From: Chiloscyllium plagiosum
Taxonomy: Eukaryota
Direction of reading: 5' to 3'
Assembly (NCBI RefSeq): GCF_004010195.1
Contig: NC_057718.1
Coordinates: 46,325,142-46,370,625, forward strand
DNA: 45,484 nt
Shown here: positions 43,246 through 45,484 of the stretch, one piece after another
Position numbering within the stretch: the stretch's first letter is position 1
How the letters are laid out: each line of letters starts with the position of its first letter
Translations under genes and position numbers: made by a program
Notes under the pieces: model-generated
Told to the model about the DNA's origin: nothing
Database searches by the model: none
The model's input: only the letters and a program-made list of their open reading frames with translations

Positions 43246-44591
43246 AATTAACTGATGGAAGGAAATTTGTAAAACAGTAATCACTTTGACAGTACTTCTG
43301 TGCTTGGAATCCCAAGGAAGGAAAGAGAGAGTTTAAGTGTTATCTCATTTGCCCAAGTCAGCACATTTAACTTTTCTTCTATCGATCTCAGCACAGCTCT
43401 TCTGCTGTTAACTCGCCAGCTTCTAAGGAAACTAACTCTAAATTAACCTCATTAATCTAATTTACTAATCTCTGCTGTGAATCTAAAATCAGCAAGTGGT
43501 TAATACTGAATTATTGAAAGATACCTGAAGCTACTTCTGTTGTTTATGTCATTAAATCATTTGCATAGTCAATGTTTACATATAAGTGCTACTAACTATG
43601 ATTCGAGAGTTAATATTATATTGCTAATTCATGACTTTATCTGACCTTTGCGATAATTGGCAAAAAAGGTTAATTAATGCAGTCACTGCATGTGCAGATC
43701 CTAAAGGGAGAGCAGTATTGTAAATGCTAATATAATGTGACCCTGTTTCATGTAAGACAGTTCAGCAAGCCAATTTTAGCTATCACCAACTCCTGAGCAT
43801 ACACAAGTAAACCCTGGACAGTTCTTTGACAAGGAGTCAAGGTGAAGGGGCAATGGATTCATATGGTGGCCGAGATCAATATTCATGTCAGGGTATTAAT
43901 CTCAGCATTCTTACATTCACCTCTCTCTGCATGCCATGAGTGACCTTCTTTGGCAAGTTTCCTACCATAGACATACAGTACTTGATTTCTTCTGTGTGGC
44001 GTTTCATCATACAGGTCAGAGTCAATAAAATCATGGCACTTTCTTTTTGCCTCTGTGTCACATCCTGCTGCTTTCATTGCCTGCCTCTGCCAGATTCTGC
44101 TCAGTTAGCCATTCTTGTAGATACACAAAAACAGGGTCATGGGGCACCTCATCCATCTGGCTCACAGGCAGGTGAGTAAGCCAAACTCCATTCCTCACTC
44201 ATCTGCTGCTTCTCCAGCCAGAACTGTTTTTAAAAACGGATTCTCAAAATCTCCAGCAGGTTACTTCCTGTTTACACTACTCTAGTGAATGTGGAAGTTG
44301 AAGGCCATATAAATTCTAGTGCAATATGACCAGGGTGACTCATTTTCTATTTGTGTAAAAACAGTACAACTTACCATTTGGAATTCATAGGCCACCCTCA
44401 TTTTCTGTGTCTGTTCATACATATACTTAAAAAAACAGTAGAAAGTCTTCAATCTCTCTATTTTATTCTCAAGGCAATTAGTCTGTTGGCAAAGAAGAGC
44501 CAAAGAAAAAGTGGGCTCCCTCCTTCACTTGGAAGACTGAAGAAGGAGTGCAAACCAGGAAACAGGGGACAAGAGGATGCCAGCTGCCCAC

Positions 44592-44958
44592 TTAGTCATA
44601 CAGCGTGGAAACAGACCCTTCGGTCCAACCAGTCTATGCTGACCATTTTCTCAAACTAAACTGGTCCCACCTGCCTGCCTTTAGCCCACATCCCTCCAAA
44701 CCTTTCCAATTCATGTACTTATCCAAATGTCTTTTAAACGTAACTGTACCTGCATCCATCACTTCCTCTGGTAGACTGTTCCACAACCGAACCAAAGGTT
44801 GCCCATGTCCTTTATAAATCTTTCTCCTCTCAACTTAAAAATATGCCCACACTTCAGGGAAAAGATCTTTGCTTTTCACCTTATCTATGTCCCTCATGAT
44901 TTTATAAACCTCGAGGAGGTTACCCCTCAACCTCCTATGTACCAGTGGGAAAAGTCCA
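44592..44958 (-). mobile_element. CR1/HER1 LINE 3' end
   Basis: AGTCATACAGCGTGGAAACAGACCCTTCGGTCCAACC...CATGATTTTATAAACCTC. Confidence 0.88.
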
Positions 44959-44962
44959 AGTT

Positions 44963-45484
44963 ATTTGGGTGGAACTGAGAAATAAGAAAGGGATGATTAC
45001 CTTATTGGGATTGTATTATAGACCCCCCAATAGTCAGAGGGAAATTGAGAAACAAACTTGTAAGGAGATCTCAGCTATCTGTAAGAATAGTAGAGTAGTT
45101 ATGGTAGGGGATTTTAATTTTCCAAACATCGACTGGGCCTGCCATAGTGTTAAAGGTTTAGATGGAGAGGAATTTCTTAAGTGTGTACAAGAACATTTTC
45201 TGATTCTGTATGTGGATGTACCTACAAGAGAAGGTGCAAAACTTGACTTACTCTTGGGAAATAAGGCAGGGCAGGTGATTGAGGTGTCAGTGGGGGAGCA
45301 CTTTGGGGCCAGCGACCATAATTCTATTTGTTTTAAAATAGTCATGGAAAAGGATAGACCAGATCTAAAAGTTGAAGTTCTAAATTGGAGAAAGGCCAAT
45401 TTTGACAGTATAAGGCTAAAACTTTCGAAAGCTGATAGGAGGCAGATGTTCACAGGTAAAGGGACGGCTGGAAAATGGGAAACC
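44963..45484 (+). mobile_element. Young CR1 LINE ORF2 endonuclease region, frame open to the window end
   Basis: Hand translation IWVELRNKKGMITLLGLYYRPPNSQ...VVMVGDFNFPNIDW...LDLLLGN...GASDHNSI...NWRKANF has no stop in 174 codons. It is absent from the ORF track because it runs off the edge. Confidence 0.9.

Noticed and set aside
45034..45453. 139-aa minus-strand ORF
   Set aside because: It is the antisense shadow of the open CR1 endonuclease frame.

Overview
This is eukaryotic, transposon-saturated non-coding DNA, almost certainly from a cartilaginous fish. HE1-type SINEs, SacSINE1/DeuSINE-type SINEs and HER1/CR1 LINEs point to a shark; a carpet or bamboo shark is a guess. No host protein-coding gene could be supported. 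The window holds many CR1 fragments and one full-length but decayed L1-clade LINE (about 19704-25562) with a YY1 motif at its 5' end. It also holds a young triple Tx1 3'-end insertion, a Gypsy-type solo LTR, relics of both Harbinger genes (nuclease and Myb/SANT), SINEs, minisatellites and a 617-nt assembly gap. The most notable signal is about nine Penelope-like element (PLE) termini from several families, all but the window-edge copy retaining minimal hammerhead-ribozyme motifs; one core is intact (25624-25651). Their truncation and inversion breakpoints repeatedly fall on the hammerhead, and two form TSD-flanked hairpin mini-elements. Several other fold-back inversions occur in CR1 and HE1 copies. 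Family names come from recalled sequence motifs, not database searches, and boundaries are approximate unless a TSD is given.
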